Notes: generated by a model from the sequence alone, not told the origin. Positions 10,670-23,412 are shown, counted from the stretch's first letter. The stretch is DNA of 64,000 nucleotides from Thermoanaerobaculia bacterium (GCA_963719225.1 CAVRAY010000001.1:2112001-2176000), one strand, 5' to 3'. Numbers and translations are program-made.

Positions 10670-10697
10670 GTTCGGTGCGTTCCTTTCGCGTTCGGGG

Positions 10698-11096
10698 TCA
10701 GCTCGACGGCGGCGGCGCCGCTGTTCCGCCGCTCATGTCGATGCGTCCCGTGAACCGGGCTCCCTCGCCGATGACGATGCGGGGAGCCTGGATGTTGCCT
10801 TCGAGAGTCCCGGTCGACAGAAGCTCGACGCGCTCGACGGCGCTCACGTTGCCGACGACGCGGCCCGCGATCGTCACCGTGGCGGCCGCGACCTCGGCCA
10901 GGACGACGCCGTGAGCGCCGACCCGGCACGCCTTCGAGATCTTCACGCGGCCCTCCAGATAGCCTTCCACGACGACGTCTTCGTCCCCGAGGACCTCTCC
11001 CTGGAACCGGATCTTCGGCCCGATGAAAGACGCGCGGAGCTCGGGGGGTTCACGGCCCGGCGGCGCCGGACCGCCGGTCTTTCCGAACATCGCCAT
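10698..11096 (-). CDS. Bactofilin (polymer-forming cytoskeletal protein)
   Basis: Beta-helix repeats SFIG..IRFQGEV..V.G.LEG..I.G.V.GNV..LEGNI..I..GA.F.G.I.M. Confidence 0.88.
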   Translation of the reverse strand: MAMFGKTGGPAPPGREPPELRASFIGPKIRFQGEVLGDEDVVVEGYLEGRVKISKACRVGAHGVVLAEVAAATVTIAGRVVGNVSAVERVELLSTGTLEGNIQAPRIVIGEGARFTGRIDMSGGTAAPPPSS

Positions 11097-11232
11097 CGCG
11101 CGGCGGAGAGTTTACCCGGGGCAAGGCGCGGCTGCCACCAAGGAGAGACGACGGTGCTTCGCCCGATCAGACGACGTAGCGCGGCGACAAGGCGGCATTC
11201 CCCGCAGGGATGCAGCGCGGCTTCGGAGTATT

Positions 11233-11271
11233 GCATCTTGTCGTGATGCGACACGATGCGTAGAATGATGC
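11233..11271 (+). promoter_or_regulatory. Sigma70-type promoter with GATGC boxes for the TA operon
   Basis: TTGTCG (11238)-17 bp-TAGAAT (11261); GCATC at 11233 and GATGC at 11245, 11255 and 11267 overlap it. Confidence 0.6.
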
Positions 11272-11283
11272 ACCGGAGGCGAT

Positions 11284-11541
11284 ATGAAGGCCATCACTCT
11301 GCGCAACATTCCGCCGGATGTCGCCCGGGCCGTGGAGCGCCGCGCCTCGCGGGAGGGCGAAAGCCTGAACAAAGCCGTCCTCGAGCTCGTCGCCGAGGGA
11401 GCGGGTCTCAAGAAGCGCGCGCGGAAGGTAAGACATACCGACCTCGACAGCCTCTTCGGGACGTGGTCGAAAAAGCAGGCCGACGCGTTCGACCGCCAGC
11501 TCGGAGAGCTTCGCGCCATCGACCCGGCAGTCTGGAAATGA
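11284..11541 (+). CDS. FitA-like ribbon-helix-helix antitoxin
   Basis: ITLRNIP..RA...G.SLN RHH pattern; ATGA overlap with a PIN toxin. Confidence 0.82.
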   Translation: MKAITLRNIPPDVARAVERRASREGESLNKAVLELVAEGAGLKKRARKVRHTDLDSLFGTWSKKQADAFDRQLGELRAIDPAVWK

Positions 11542-11939
11542 CCCGGATTCTGGCCGACACCTCGGCTTACTCGGCTTTCCTGCGCGGGCACGCGGGCGTT
11601 GGTGACGCTCTGCGCGCGGCGGACGAGATCCGCGTGACGCCGATCGTGCTCGGGGAGCTGATGGCCGGCCATCGTTCGGGAACGAGGCGCCGCGCGAACG
11701 AGGACCACCTGAAGTTCTTTCTTTCCTCGCCGCGAGTCGGAATCCTCCCGATCGACGAAGACACGGCTGCACGTTACGCGGCCATCGTCTCTTCGCTGAG
11801 GTCGGCCGGACTACAAATCGGCACGAACGACATCTGGATCGCCGCCAGCGCAATGCAGCACGGACTCACGGTCGTCACGACCGACGCGGACTTCCTCCGA
11901 ATCCCCCAGATACTCGTCGAACACCATTCCGTCGGCTGA
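11538..11939 (+). CDS. vapC: VapC PIN-domain toxin
   Basis: ILADTSAY, VLGEL, NDIWIAASA, TTDADF. Confidence 0.9.
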   Translation: MTRILADTSAYSAFLRGHAGVGDALRAADEIRVTPIVLGELMAGHRSGTRRRANEDHLKFFLSSPRVGILPIDEDTAARYAAIVSSLRSAGLQIGTNDIWIAASAMQHGLTVVTTDADFLRIPQILVEHHSVG

Positions 11940-12006
11940 CCTTCGGATCGGCGGTTCGGCCACAAGCAAGCGTGGCGATTCCAATCATGAGGGCTGAAGG
12001 CCCGGT

Positions 12007-13452
12007 TCACGTCGCCAGATGGATCCGCTTGATGTAGGCCATCTCCTCGAGCTTGTCCGTCGAACCGTTCAGCCCGCTGTCGCGGATTCCCTCGATCGGC
12101 AAGGAGAGGTCGCTGTAGAGCGGCCCCTCGTTGATCATGACTCTTCCGGCGGCGACGTCCCGGCCGATGCGCGTCGCTTCCGCCGGTTCTCCGAAGACGC
12201 TCGCGCCGAGCCCGTAAGGGCCGTCGTTGGCGAGAGCGACCGCCTCGTCGAGGGTGTCGAACACCACGAAAGAACGGACGGGAGCGAAACACTCCTCGGT
12301 CCAGAGGAAGGGCTTGTCCTCCTCGCTTCGCCCCAGGATCTGCGCCTTCTCGAACTCGATCAGCGTCGGGGTGAAGAACGGGGCCTCGGCACGGCCCCCG
12401 ACGAGGAGGCGACCGCCTTTTTCCAGAGCCTCGCGGACCTGGTACGTCGCGATATCCATGCTCTCGTGCTTGCCGATGGGACCGATGTCGGTGTCTTCGT
12501 CGCGCGGATCTCCCACCTTGAGCCGGCGGATCCCCTCGATGAGACGCTCGCGGAAGTCCGAGGCGACGGAGCGCTGCACGAGGTACCGCTTGGCGGCGAT
12601 GCAGAGCTGCCCGCCGTGCGCGAAGCCTCCGAGGAGACCGGCAGCCGTGGCGTCCGTCAGGTTCGCGCTTTCGAGCACGATGAACGGGTCGTTCCCGGCC
12701 AGCTCGGGGACGTATTTCTTCATGCGTCCGCCCACGTGAAGCATGCATTCACCGAGTGTATTCTTCGTCCTCCCGAGGTACGCGCCCATCTTGATGATGT
12801 TGTCCTTGCCGACCGGGCTCGACGCGTAGTGAACGAGGACGTCGACTTCCGGGTTTTCGATGAACTCCCAGGCGGCGTCTTCCCCGGAGCAGGTGGAGAC
12901 CTGGACGCTCTCGGGCGGACAGCCCGCCTCGACCGCGATCTGAACGAGCCGCTGGCAGATGAGAGGGGCCAGGCTCGAGGGCTTCTCCACGACGGCGTTC
13001 CCGGCTCCGAGGGCGCAGAGCATCGTATAGAGCGGCACGACGAGCGGAGTGTTGCGCGGCGGGAGGACTCCGACCACCCCGTACGGCTCGCGGGTGAGGA
13101 TGTTCCGCCCCGAAGCGGCCGGAAGCTCCCGAGGCTTGAGGAGCTCGAGCCGGCGCTCGAGGTTCGCCGCGCTCGCGATGGCCCGGCCCATCTCCCACCG
13201 CGCGAACTTGCGGGGTTGCCCTCCCTCTCGCACCATCAGCTCCTCGAGTTCGCTCCGGCGCTCTTCGAGGCGCACCGCGATGCGCCGCCCGAGGTCGGCA
13301 CGCTCCCGGAAGGTGGTGCTCCGGGCCGATCCCTTCGCCTGAAACGCGCGATGGATCTTCGCGCGCAGATCCCGGCGCGTGTCCTGCTGCACCTCGCCGA
13401 TCACCTCGCCCGTGTACTTGTCGCGGATCTCGGAGGTTCGAAGCGCGAGCAT
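12007..13452 (-). CDS. Divergent aldehyde dehydrogenase family protein
   Basis: REPYGVV, PELAGND, GQLCI, EECFAP, YGLGASVF; cofactor-binding motifs are non-canonical. Confidence 0.82.
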   Translation of the reverse strand: MLALRTSEIRDKYTGEVIGEVQQDTRRDLRAKIHRAFQAKGSARSTTFRERADLGRRIAVRLEERRSELEELMVREGGQPRKFARWEMGRAIASAANLERRLELLKPRELPAASGRNILTREPYGVVGVLPPRNTPLVVPLYTMLCALGAGNAVVEKPSSLAPLICQRLVQIAVEAGCPPESVQVSTCSGEDAAWEFIENPEVDVLVHYASSPVGKDNIIKMGAYLGRTKNTLGECMLHVGGRMKKYVPELAGNDPFIVLESANLTDATAAGLLGGFAHGGQLCIAAKRYLVQRSVASDFRERLIEGIRRLKVGDPRDEDTDIGPIGKHESMDIATYQVREALEKGGRLLVGGRAEAPFFTPTLIEFEKAQILGRSEEDKPFLWTEECFAPVRSFVVFDTLDEAVALANDGPYGLGASVFGEPAEATRIGRDVAAGRVMINEGPLYSDLSLPIEGIRDSGLNGSTDKLEEMAYIKRIHLAT

Positions 13453-13514
13453 CTTTTCGATCCTACTTCAGCCCCTCGACGACGTAGAGACCCGAGAGGA
13501 GCCGGACGCGAAGG

Positions 13515-16160
13515 TCATTTTGCGGCCGCGACGAGTCTTTGGAATTTCGGTTCATTTCGCAACGGGTCGAAGTTCGGGTCGATCCTGAGCCAGCCGGGCG
13601 AGAGGACGTATGGGATCTCCAGGAGCGGCTCCAGCTGGCTGAGCGCCTTTTCCCGCTCTCCGACGAGGATGTAAATGCGCACGAGCTGGTGCTCGAGATA
13701 GGGACCGAGGTACGCATCTTTGGACACGGGCAGGAGCGCGACGCCGCGTTCTCCCTCTCGGATGGCTTCGTCTTTTTGGCCGAGGTAGGCGAGTGCGAGG
13801 CCGAGCAGGATGTGAAGCTGCGGGTCCTGTGGCGCGGCGAGAAGCTGCTGCCGGAAGGCTTTTCTCGCCTTCTCGGCGTGGGAGTGTACGTTTTCCGCGT
13901 CGCCCTTCAGCGCATAGGCTTGGACGAGGCTGAGGCTCCAGGCCCCCCTGTTGTTGTCGAAGGCGCTCGGTGTCAGCCGCAGAAGCAGCTCACGCCGCTC
14001 CTCGTCGAGGACCCACACGAGATCGAAGTACGTTGCCAGATACGACACCACTGCCGTGGGCTCGACCTCCTTGGGCACGGCGTGCAACACGGACCGTGCT
14101 CCCGCAAGATTCCCCTCCCCGAGGAACGTCATGGCCTTTTGCTCGATCAGGGTGAGGTTTGTAGGCGCGAGAGCGAGCCCACGGTCGAAGGCTTCGCGCG
14201 CTTCGGGATATTGCCTCAGACGAAGCAGCGCTATGCCGAGCGTCCACTTGTTGTTGATCGACCGGGGATCGAGGCGCTCTGCCCGCTTGAAATGCTCCAC
14301 CGCCGCGTCCCAATGTCCGAGGTTCTGCTCGGTCAACGCGGTTGCCCTGAGCAAGTCGGCGTTGCCAGGCGCGACGCGCCGCCCCTTCGCGTACTGCTCC
14401 AGCGCGCGGTCGAAGTCCGAGACGACCACGCGCATGTAAGTGCCAAGGGCCAGGTATCCGTCGGGCTGGTCTGGCGCGAGGGCGACTGCCTTCTCCGCCG
14501 CGTGGCGCGCGCGTTCTGCCAGCTCCGGCGTCGGCACGCTGTTGCCGTGCAGGATCGAGTCGGCTTTGGAAATCTGCGCCCAGGACCGCGCGAAGCTTGG
14601 ATCGAGGGCCACGGCTTGCTCGTAGAGCCCGAGCGCCTTACGCAGGCTGGCCGGATCGTTGATGGCCATGCTCCTCGAGACTTCCTCGCCCTTCAGGAAG
14701 GCGTCGTAGGCGGCCAGGTTCTGCGTGGGGGGCTCCGCAAGCCGCTTCTCGTCGTTCGCCTCGAGCACGACATCGAGAGCCTGCGCGACGCGCGTCGCGA
14801 TATCTGACTGCACCTGGAAGACATCCGTCAGCGCCGCGTCGAAGGGCTGCTGCCACCTCAAGGTGGCAGCGCCGGGCCCTTTCACGTCGACCAGCTCCGG
14901 GCTGACCTGCACGCGGCTCGTGCTTCCGCTCTTCTCCCAGCGCACGGTCGCCGTCAGCAGATATCTTGCCTCGAGCTCGCGGGCGATCTGGTTCGGCGTC
15001 TTCTTCGACTTCTTGTACGGGGCCGAGCTGGCTCTGGCAATCACTTCCACGCCCGGCAGGGACGTGAGCTTGCCGCGAACGGCGTCGGCGATGCCGTCGG
15101 CGAAGTAGTCGTCCTCTGGGGCTCCAAGGTTCTCGAACGGCAGCACGGCCAGACGCTTGACGCCTGCGATCTCGCCCGATGTCTTACGAAACGAACACAG
15201 AAGGAAGGTGCCCGCGACCGCGAGAACGGCAAGGGCCGCAACGGCGAAGAGGACGATCCTCTTTCCAGCCTGTGGCGCGACCAACCGCGCGCTGGTCGTC
15301 ACGGCCGGCGACGACTGCTCGGAGAGCGCGAACACGACGTCTTTCGCCGATTGAAAGCGGTTGTCCCGGTCCTTCTCCAGGCAATGCCGGACGATGCTGT
15401 CGAGAGCGGACGAGACCTTCCGTCCCGACCCCGAGAGCTCCGGCGGCTCGTCCCGCAGGATCGCCGCCATCGTGTCGCCCGCCGTGCCTTTCTTGAACGC
15501 CTTCTTGCCCGATAGCATTTCGTACAGGATCGCCCCGAGCGAGAAGACGTCGCAGCGATGATCGACAGCGAGTCCCCGCACCTGCTCGGGCGACATGTAG
15601 CCCAGTGTGCCCATCACCGCCCCCGGGACCGTGAGATCCGAGACCGTCGGGGCTGTCGTGTCCTGCCCTGTGCTGACCGTCTCGACTCTCTTCGCCAGGC
15701 CGAAGTCGAGGATCTTCACGTGGCCGTCCTTCAGGACGAAGAGGTTCTCGGGCTTCAGGTCCCGGTGGATGATCCCCTTCTCGTGGGCGGCGGAGAGGCC
15801 CTTCGCGATCTGCACGGCGTAGTCGACGGCCTGCTTCTGCGGGATCGGTCCGGCGTCGAGTTTGCCGCGCAGCGTCTCGCCCTCAAGCAGCTCCGTGACG
15901 GCGTAGGAGATGCCCTCGTGCGTTCCGAAATCGTGAATCGCGAGGATGTTCGGATGCGAGAGTGCCGCAACCGCCTTGGCCTCCCGCTCGAACCTTGCCA
16001 GCCTGCCCGGGTCGGCAGCCACGGCCTCCGGGAGCACCTTGATCGCGACATCCCGGTCGAGCTTCTCGTCGCGCGCCCGGTAAACCTCACCCATTCCCCC
16101 CGCGCCGAGCGGCGCGAGAATCTCGTAAGGGCCGAGCTTCGTCCCGGCTGTCAGCGACAA
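13515..16160 (-). CDS. Hanks-type Ser/Thr kinase with TM segment, TolB-N-like domain and TPRs
   Basis: GAGGMGEVY, VAIK, HRDLKPEN, DFG, YMSPEQ; LAVLPFENL..YFADG; TPR helices. Confidence 0.92.
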   Translation of the reverse strand: MSLTAGTKLGPYEILAPLGAGGMGEVYRARDEKLDRDVAIKVLPEAVAADPGRLARFEREAKAVAALSHPNILAIHDFGTHEGISYAVTELLEGETLRGKLDAGPIPQKQAVDYAVQIAKGLSAAHEKGIIHRDLKPENLFVLKDGHVKILDFGLAKRVETVSTGQDTTAPTVSDLTVPGAVMGTLGYMSPEQVRGLAVDHRCDVFSLGAILYEMLSGKKAFKKGTAGDTMAAILRDEPPELSGSGRKVSSALDSIVRHCLEKDRDNRFQSAKDVVFALSEQSSPAVTTSARLVAPQAGKRIVLFAVAALAVLAVAGTFLLCSFRKTSGEIAGVKRLAVLPFENLGAPEDDYFADGIADAVRGKLTSLPGVEVIARASSAPYKKSKKTPNQIARELEARYLLTATVRWEKSGSTSRVQVSPELVDVKGPGAATLRWQQPFDAALTDVFQVQSDIATRVAQALDVVLEANDEKRLAEPPTQNLAAYDAFLKGEEVSRSMAINDPASLRKALGLYEQAVALDPSFARSWAQISKADSILHGNSVPTPELAERARHAAEKAVALAPDQPDGYLALGTYMRVVVSDFDRALEQYAKGRRVAPGNADLLRATALTEQNLGHWDAAVEHFKRAERLDPRSINNKWTLGIALLRLRQYPEAREAFDRGLALAPTNLTLIEQKAMTFLGEGNLAGARSVLHAVPKEVEPTAVVSYLATYFDLVWVLDEERRELLLRLTPSAFDNNRGAWSLSLVQAYALKGDAENVHSHAEKARKAFRQQLLAAPQDPQLHILLGLALAYLGQKDEAIREGERGVALLPVSKDAYLGPYLEHQLVRIYILVGEREKALSQLEPLLEIPYVLSPGWLRIDPNFDPLRNEPKFQRLVAAAK

Positions 16161-16206
16161 GATGTAAGAAGTTTAACGGGAATCTGCAGGGGCGGAAATG
16201 ATGCCG

Positions 16207-17067
16207 TCAGACCGGGAAGAGCGCCGCCGCGTTGTCGAAAAGGATCTTTCGGCGCACCTCGTCGGAGAGCGGAAGAGCGAGGAACTCGTCGACGTTCCGG
16301 CGCATCGAGCGGACTCCCTTCGAGGGCCAGTCGGTCCCCCAGAGGACCTTGTCCGCGATCTCGGAGATCCGCGGAAGGACCTCGAGGAGCTTGCGCGGCG
16401 GGATCCCCGAGATGTCGAGCAGGACGTTCGGGTGCCTCCTCGCGAGGAAGAAGGCGGTCTCGTACCAGAGAGGGCGGCCGGCATGACAGAGAACGAGCGT
16501 CGTCCCTGGAAAATCCACGGCGACGTCGTCGCACGCCATCGGATCGGCATAGACGTTCCGGGCGCCGGGAAAGATGGACGTTCCCGTGTGGATCAGGACC
16601 GGCCGCTTCGCTTCGCCCGCGAGGCGATAGACGTCGGCGAGGGACGGACAGTCGCTTCGGTACGCGTTCGCTGCCATCTCCATGTGGGGCGGATGCAGCT
16701 TGATCGCGCCCAGGCGGTAAACCTCGAGGAGCTTCCTCGTGTCCCCGACGACGTCGCGAGAGTGCCGGGGATGAATTCCTCCGACCGGGACGAGCCGGTC
16801 GCGGTGACCCTCGACGTAGCGGGCGACCCATGGGTTCACCATGTCCGTGATCCCCAGGGTGTCCGGTGCCACGGAGTTGATGAGGGCGGCCCGCGCGACG
16901 CCCTCGGCATCCATCGCCCGGAGGAGCTCGTCCGCGGAGCTCATGACGCGCCCGAGGAGGTCGAGATCGGTTCGCCCATCCAGCATCACGCGGCGGGCGT
17001 TCTCGTTCATCCGGTCATGCGGGCCGACATGGATGTGCGCGTCGAAAATCGGGAGGGCGGCGGACAC
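16207..17067 (-). CDS. Amidohydrolase family 2 metal-dependent hydrolase
   Basis: FDAHIH, IKLHP, LIHTG, CHAG, LWGTDWP. Confidence 0.88.
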   Translation of the reverse strand: MSAALPIFDAHIHVGPHDRMNENARRVMLDGRTDLDLLGRVMSSADELLRAMDAEGVARAALINSVAPDTLGITDMVNPWVARYVEGHRDRLVPVGGIHPRHSRDVVGDTRKLLEVYRLGAIKLHPPHMEMAANAYRSDCPSLADVYRLAGEAKRPVLIHTGTSIFPGARNVYADPMACDDVAVDFPGTTLVLCHAGRPLWYETAFFLARRHPNVLLDISGIPPRKLLEVLPRISEIADKVLWGTDWPSKGVRSMRRNVDEFLALPLSDEVRRKILFDNAAALFPV

Positions 17068-17114
17068 GCGCGGGATGATAGCGGACCGCTCCGGCCGCCT
17101 CCGCGGTTGCTAAC

Positions 17115-19943
<2,829 letters not shown>

Positions 19944-19944
19944 C

Positions 19945-20391
19945 ATGACCGAGTCCCCCGACCACGAGTGGCTCTGCCGGAGAATCCTCGAAAACAGCCC
20001 TTTGGCCATCCTGTATGCGGACCGCGAGGGAAAGATCCGCCTCTGGAACTCGGGAGCCGAGACCGTATTCGGCTACACGGCGAAAGAGGCGCTCGGACAA
20101 TCGCTGGACCTCATCGTGCCCGAGCGCCAGAGGCCGAGGCACTGGGAAGGCTGGGAGAAGGTCATGGCGAGCGGCGTCACGAAGTACGGACGCGATCCGC
20201 TCGCGGTTCCCGCGATCCGGAAGGACGGGTCGCGGATCTCCATCGAGTTCAACGTCGTCCTCGTCCGTGACGACAGCGGCGATCTCGCGGGCGTCGCCGC
20301 GATGGTTCAGGACGTCACCGCGAGATGGCAGAAGCAAAAAGAGCTGAACGCGCGCCTCGCGGCCCTCGAGGCCAAGGCGAAGGAGGGGTGA
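19945..20391 (+). CDS. Stand-alone PAS domain protein
   Basis: ATG 19945; ILYADREGKIRLWNSGAETVFGY..GQSLDLIVP..RKDG..DVT, followed by a coiled coil. Confidence 0.85.
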   Translation: MTESPDHEWLCRRILENSPLAILYADREGKIRLWNSGAETVFGYTAKEALGQSLDLIVPERQRPRHWEGWEKVMASGVTKYGRDPLAVPAIRKDGSRISIEFNVVLVRDDSGDLAGVAAMVQDVTARWQKQKELNARLAALEAKAKEG

Positions 20392-20392
20392 G

Positions 20393-21130
20393 ATGGACTT
20401 TCGAAGGGTGAGCGACCTGGCGGCGCCCGACGGCCACGCCGTGCCCGGCTTCCTTTTCTTACCGCCCTCGCCGCGCGGCGGCGTCGTCGCTTGTCCCGGC
20501 TACGGCTCCTCGAAGGAGCAGATGCTCGGGATCGCGACGGCCGTCGCCGAGAAGGGGTTCGCGGTTCTGGCGGTCGACCTCTGCGGGCACGGCGAGAACA
20601 CGGCGCCGATCGGCCCGGCGATGCGAGACGAGATGGAGGCCGCCGTCGCGTACGTCAGGCGGTTCGGCAGGACTGCGGTGATCGGGCACAGCCTCGGCGG
20701 GAGACTCGCCTTGATGTCTTCGGCAGACGTCATGGTGGCGGTGTCGCCCTCCGTCATGATGCAGATGTCCCCGCAGGGGAAGTGGATGTTCGAGAACCTC
20801 CCGAGCCCCGGCCTGCGCGAGCCGTACTCGGGATACGTCCTCGAGCTTCTCGAAAAACTCGGCCCGGTTCCTTCCCATGACCGCCCCTGTCTCCTCCTCT
20901 ACTCCGAGCGGGACATCCAGGCGCTTCTCGATGGCGCCGCGAGCCTGCAGGCGGAGCTGCCCCGCTCCGAGAAGCGGCTCGTTTCGGAGGACATCCGCCC
21001 GGACGTGCAGCACGAGAACGGCCTGATCCGGTATCTCCCGCGCTGGTTCAATCACAGCGAGCTGAGATTCAACCGTCCCGCGTGCGCCACGATCAGCTCC
21101 TGGCTCGCCGATCACCTTTCGACAGCCTGA
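20393..21130 (+). CDS. Alpha/beta-fold hydrolase
   Basis: PGYGSSKE, DLCGHGE, GHSLGG nucleophile elbow. Confidence 0.8.
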   Translation: MDFRRVSDLAAPDGHAVPGFLFLPPSPRGGVVACPGYGSSKEQMLGIATAVAEKGFAVLAVDLCGHGENTAPIGPAMRDEMEAAVAYVRRFGRTAVIGHSLGGRLALMSSADVMVAVSPSVMMQMSPQGKWMFENLPSPGLREPYSGYVLELLEKLGPVPSHDRPCLLLYSERDIQALLDGAASLQAELPRSEKRLVSEDIRPDVQHENGLIRYLPRWFNHSELRFNRPACATISSWLADHLSTA

Positions 21131-21180
21131 AGAGAGGTCGCTTGGTTCGGACCGTGTGCTAGGCTGGAAAGCGCACGGGA

Positions 21181-21405
21181 GTGATCATGCAGTGGGAGTA
21201 CTTCGATCGGATGGTCATCTTCAGCGATGGTGAAGGTGGAATGGTGAGCGGCCTGGATTCCTGGATCAACGGAGCCGGCTCCGAAGGCTGGGAGCTCGTC
21301 TCGGCCGCCCCCCTGATCGCGCCGAACAAGGACGGCGTCGCCTACGGGACGATCGGCCTGCACCTGATCTTCAAGCGGCCCGCGGTGGCTCCGCAGGAGG
21401 CGTGA
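21181..21405 (+). CDS. Small DUF4177-like protein
   Basis: QWEY...GSEGWELVS...IFKRP pattern. Confidence 0.7.
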   Translation: MIMQWEYFDRMVIFSDGEGGMVSGLDSWINGAGSEGWELVSAAPLIAPNKDGVAYGTIGLHLIFKRPAVAPQEA

Positions 21406-21734
21406 GAGCCGTGGCTGGGTTGAAAGGCCCGGCGCTGATGGAGAGCCGCTACGGCCCGCTCGGAAGCGGCGGCCAGTCCCTGACGATCAAGGGCGTCGTC
21501 TATTCGGTCCCGGACCTGCTCGTTTCGATGTCGCTCAACTTCGACGACAGCCGCGCGATCGACGCCCTGACGCTGCCGGACGGTCGGTTCGTCTTCCGGT
21601 ACTACGACGGCCAGGACCAGCGCGTCGTCGCCCTGGAATTCGACGCCGACTTCCGGCCGCTCGGCGAGGTGCGCGTCCCGTTCTGCGAGTGGACCGGGGA
21701 CGAGGAATACTTCCCGCAGCATTGCGGGCACTAG
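21402..21734 (+). CDS. Hypothetical protein, paralog of 37337-37720
   Basis: Clear alignment by eye with the 37.5 kb ORF; alternative ATG start at 21438. Confidence 0.75.
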   Translation: MRAVAGLKGPALMESRYGPLGSGGQSLTIKGVVYSVPDLLVSMSLNFDDSRAIDALTLPDGRFVFRYYDGQDQRVVALEFDADFRPLGEVRVPFCEWTGDEEYFPQHCGH

Positions 21735-21777
21735 AGGGACCTTGCTTCCCTGCCTGAAAAGCGCTGATCCACGAAGC

Positions 21778-22179
21778 TCAGAGCCAGTCTTCGACGCGCA
21801 GGCCCGGAATCCGTTCGAAGTGTCGGACGTTGTTCGTGACCACGGTGAACCCCTGCGTGAGAGCGGTCGCCGCGATGAGCACGTCCTCGACGTCGATCTT
21901 CTGCCCTGTCGACGACAGCCCCGCAAGCAGCTCGCCGGCCAGGAGCGCGTCGTCGAGGCCGACGTCGAGGATGTCGAGCCGGCCGAGGAGCTCTCTCTCG
22001 ATGCGCCGCCACAGAGCGCCGCCGTCGTCACGGCGAAGGGCGCCATGCCGCAGCTCCATGACGCAAATGCAGGATGTGGCCTTCGTGGCGCTTTCCTCGA
22101 CAGAGAGGCGCTTGAGGAGACGAGGGCTGGGAGACTTTCGAAGTACCTGGCTCAGGATATTCGTATCGAGGAGGTACAT
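21778..22179 (-). CDS. vapC: VapC PIN-domain toxin
   Basis: YLLDTNILS, VMELRHG, DVLIAATA, TNNVRHFERIPGL.VEDW. Confidence 0.92.
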   Translation of the reverse strand: MYLLDTNILSQVLRKSPSPRLLKRLSVEESATKATSCICVMELRHGALRRDDGGALWRRIERELLGRLDILDVGLDDALLAGELLAGLSSTGQKIDVEDVLIAATALTQGFTVVTNNVRHFERIPGLRVEDWL

Positions 22180-22181
22180 CT

Positions 22182-22454
22182 TCAGGTGCGGCGCCTGACG
22201 ACCCGCGCCGGCCGTGCATGCCGTTCAGCCAGAATCCGGTCCATCACCTCGAAGAACGGGTCGTCGTCGGCGAGCCAGCCCTTGAAGTCGGCGAGTGCCC
22301 CGCCGGTCTGCGGATCGACGGGCACGAGCCGCGCCATCGGCCGGCCGCGTTTCAGGATCGTGATCGACTCACGCCCGTAGGCCACGCGGCCGAGCAGCTC
22401 GGAAAGGGACCGCTTCGCCTCGGCAACGTTGACGTGGGCTTTTCGGGCCGGCAT
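22182..22454 (-). CDS. Phd/YefM family antitoxin
   Basis: VNVAEAKRSLSELLGRV..ITILKRGRPMARLVP. Confidence 0.9.
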   Translation of the reverse strand: MPARKAHVNVAEAKRSLSELLGRVAYGRESITILKRGRPMARLVPVDPQTGGALADFKGWLADDDPFFEVMDRILAERHARPARVVRRRT

Positions 22455-22472
22455 GGATGGCCTCCAGCTCCG

Positions 22473-22489
22473 ATTATAGTCATGATGAC
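22473..22489 (-). promoter_or_regulatory. -10 box and palindromic operator of phd-vapC
   Basis: TATAAT on the minus strand (22473-22478) adjacent to GTCAT-G-ATGAC (22479-22489). Confidence 0.55.
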
Positions 22490-22635
22490 CAAGTCAGGCA
22501 GAGGCCCTGCATCTGAATCATTTCCGGGCCTTCCCCCTTGAGATACAGTGAGTTCGATGCGGTCGTGGGCCGGGAGGGCATCGATGCCCTTTCCACGGTG
22601 AGCGCAGGAGGAGAGCCGCCGAAAGGAGGCGTCGG

Positions 22636-23412
22636 ATGGGATACGAGAACCTCTGCTTCGAGACGGACGGGGCCGTCGCCGTCGTGACCCTGAATCGGCC
22701 CGCGAGGCGAAACGCGCTTTCGCTCGCGCTCATGCGCGAGCTCCTGGACTGTCTGGAACGGATCGGCGAGGACAGGCAGCTCCGCGCGGTCATTCTCGCC
22801 GCCGCCGGAAACGTCTACAGCGCCGGGCACGATCTCGCAGAGCTGACCGGACGAGACATCAACGACACGCGCCGGATCTTCGACGTCTGCGCGGAGCTCA
22901 TGATGAAGATCCAGTCGATTCCGCAGCCGGTCATCGCCGAGGTCCAGGGCCTCGCCACCGCCGCCGGATGCCAGCTCGTGGCGACGTGCGATCTCGCCGT
23001 CGCCGCCGCAGGCGCCCGGTTTGCGACGCCGGGCGTGAAGATCGGGCTCTTCTGCACGACTCCGATGGTCGCCTTGACCCGCGCCATCGGGCGCAAACGC
23101 GCCCTCGGGATGCTCCTGACCGGCGATCCGATCGACGCGGAGACGGCGGCGGACTGGGGGCTCGTCAACGTCGTCGTGCCGGCGGCCGCGCTCCGCGACG
23201 AGACCCGCAAGCTCGCGGCGCGCATCACGGAGGCGAGCCCCGTCACGCTCGCCATCGGGAAGCAGGCCTTTTACTCGCAGATCGACCTCGATCAGCCGAA
23301 GGCGTACGCGTACGCCAAGGAGATCATGTCGATGAATTCCATGGCGGCCGACGCACAGGAAGGGATCTCCGCGTTCCTCGGGAAGAGGGCGGCCGTCTGG
23401 ACGGGAAAATAG
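22636..23412 (+). CDS. Enoyl-CoA hydratase/crotonase family protein
   Basis: LNRPARRNAL, SAGHDL, QPVIAEVQGLATAAGCQL, PGVKIGLFC. Confidence 0.92.
   Translation: MGYENLCFETDGAVAVVTLNRPARRNALSLALMRELLDCLERIGEDRQLRAVILAAAGNVYSAGHDLAELTGRDINDTRRIFDVCAELMMKIQSIPQPVIAEVQGLATAAGCQLVATCDLAVAAAGARFATPGVKIGLFCTTPMVALTRAIGRKRALGMLLTGDPIDAETAADWGLVNVVVPAAALRDETRKLAARITEASPVTLAIGKQAFYSQIDLDQPKAYAYAKEIMSMNSMAADAQEGISAFLGKRAAVWTGK

Noticed and set aside
13463-13717. 84-aa ORF ending LLSGLYVVEGLK, possibly a gene remnant
   Set aside because: It mostly overlaps the kinase in another frame; only ~17 codons are independent, too little to call.
22600-22635. Glycine riboswitch-like GGAGAG..CGCCGAA
   Set aside because: No downstream CTCTCAGG element and no room for an aptamer before the start codon.
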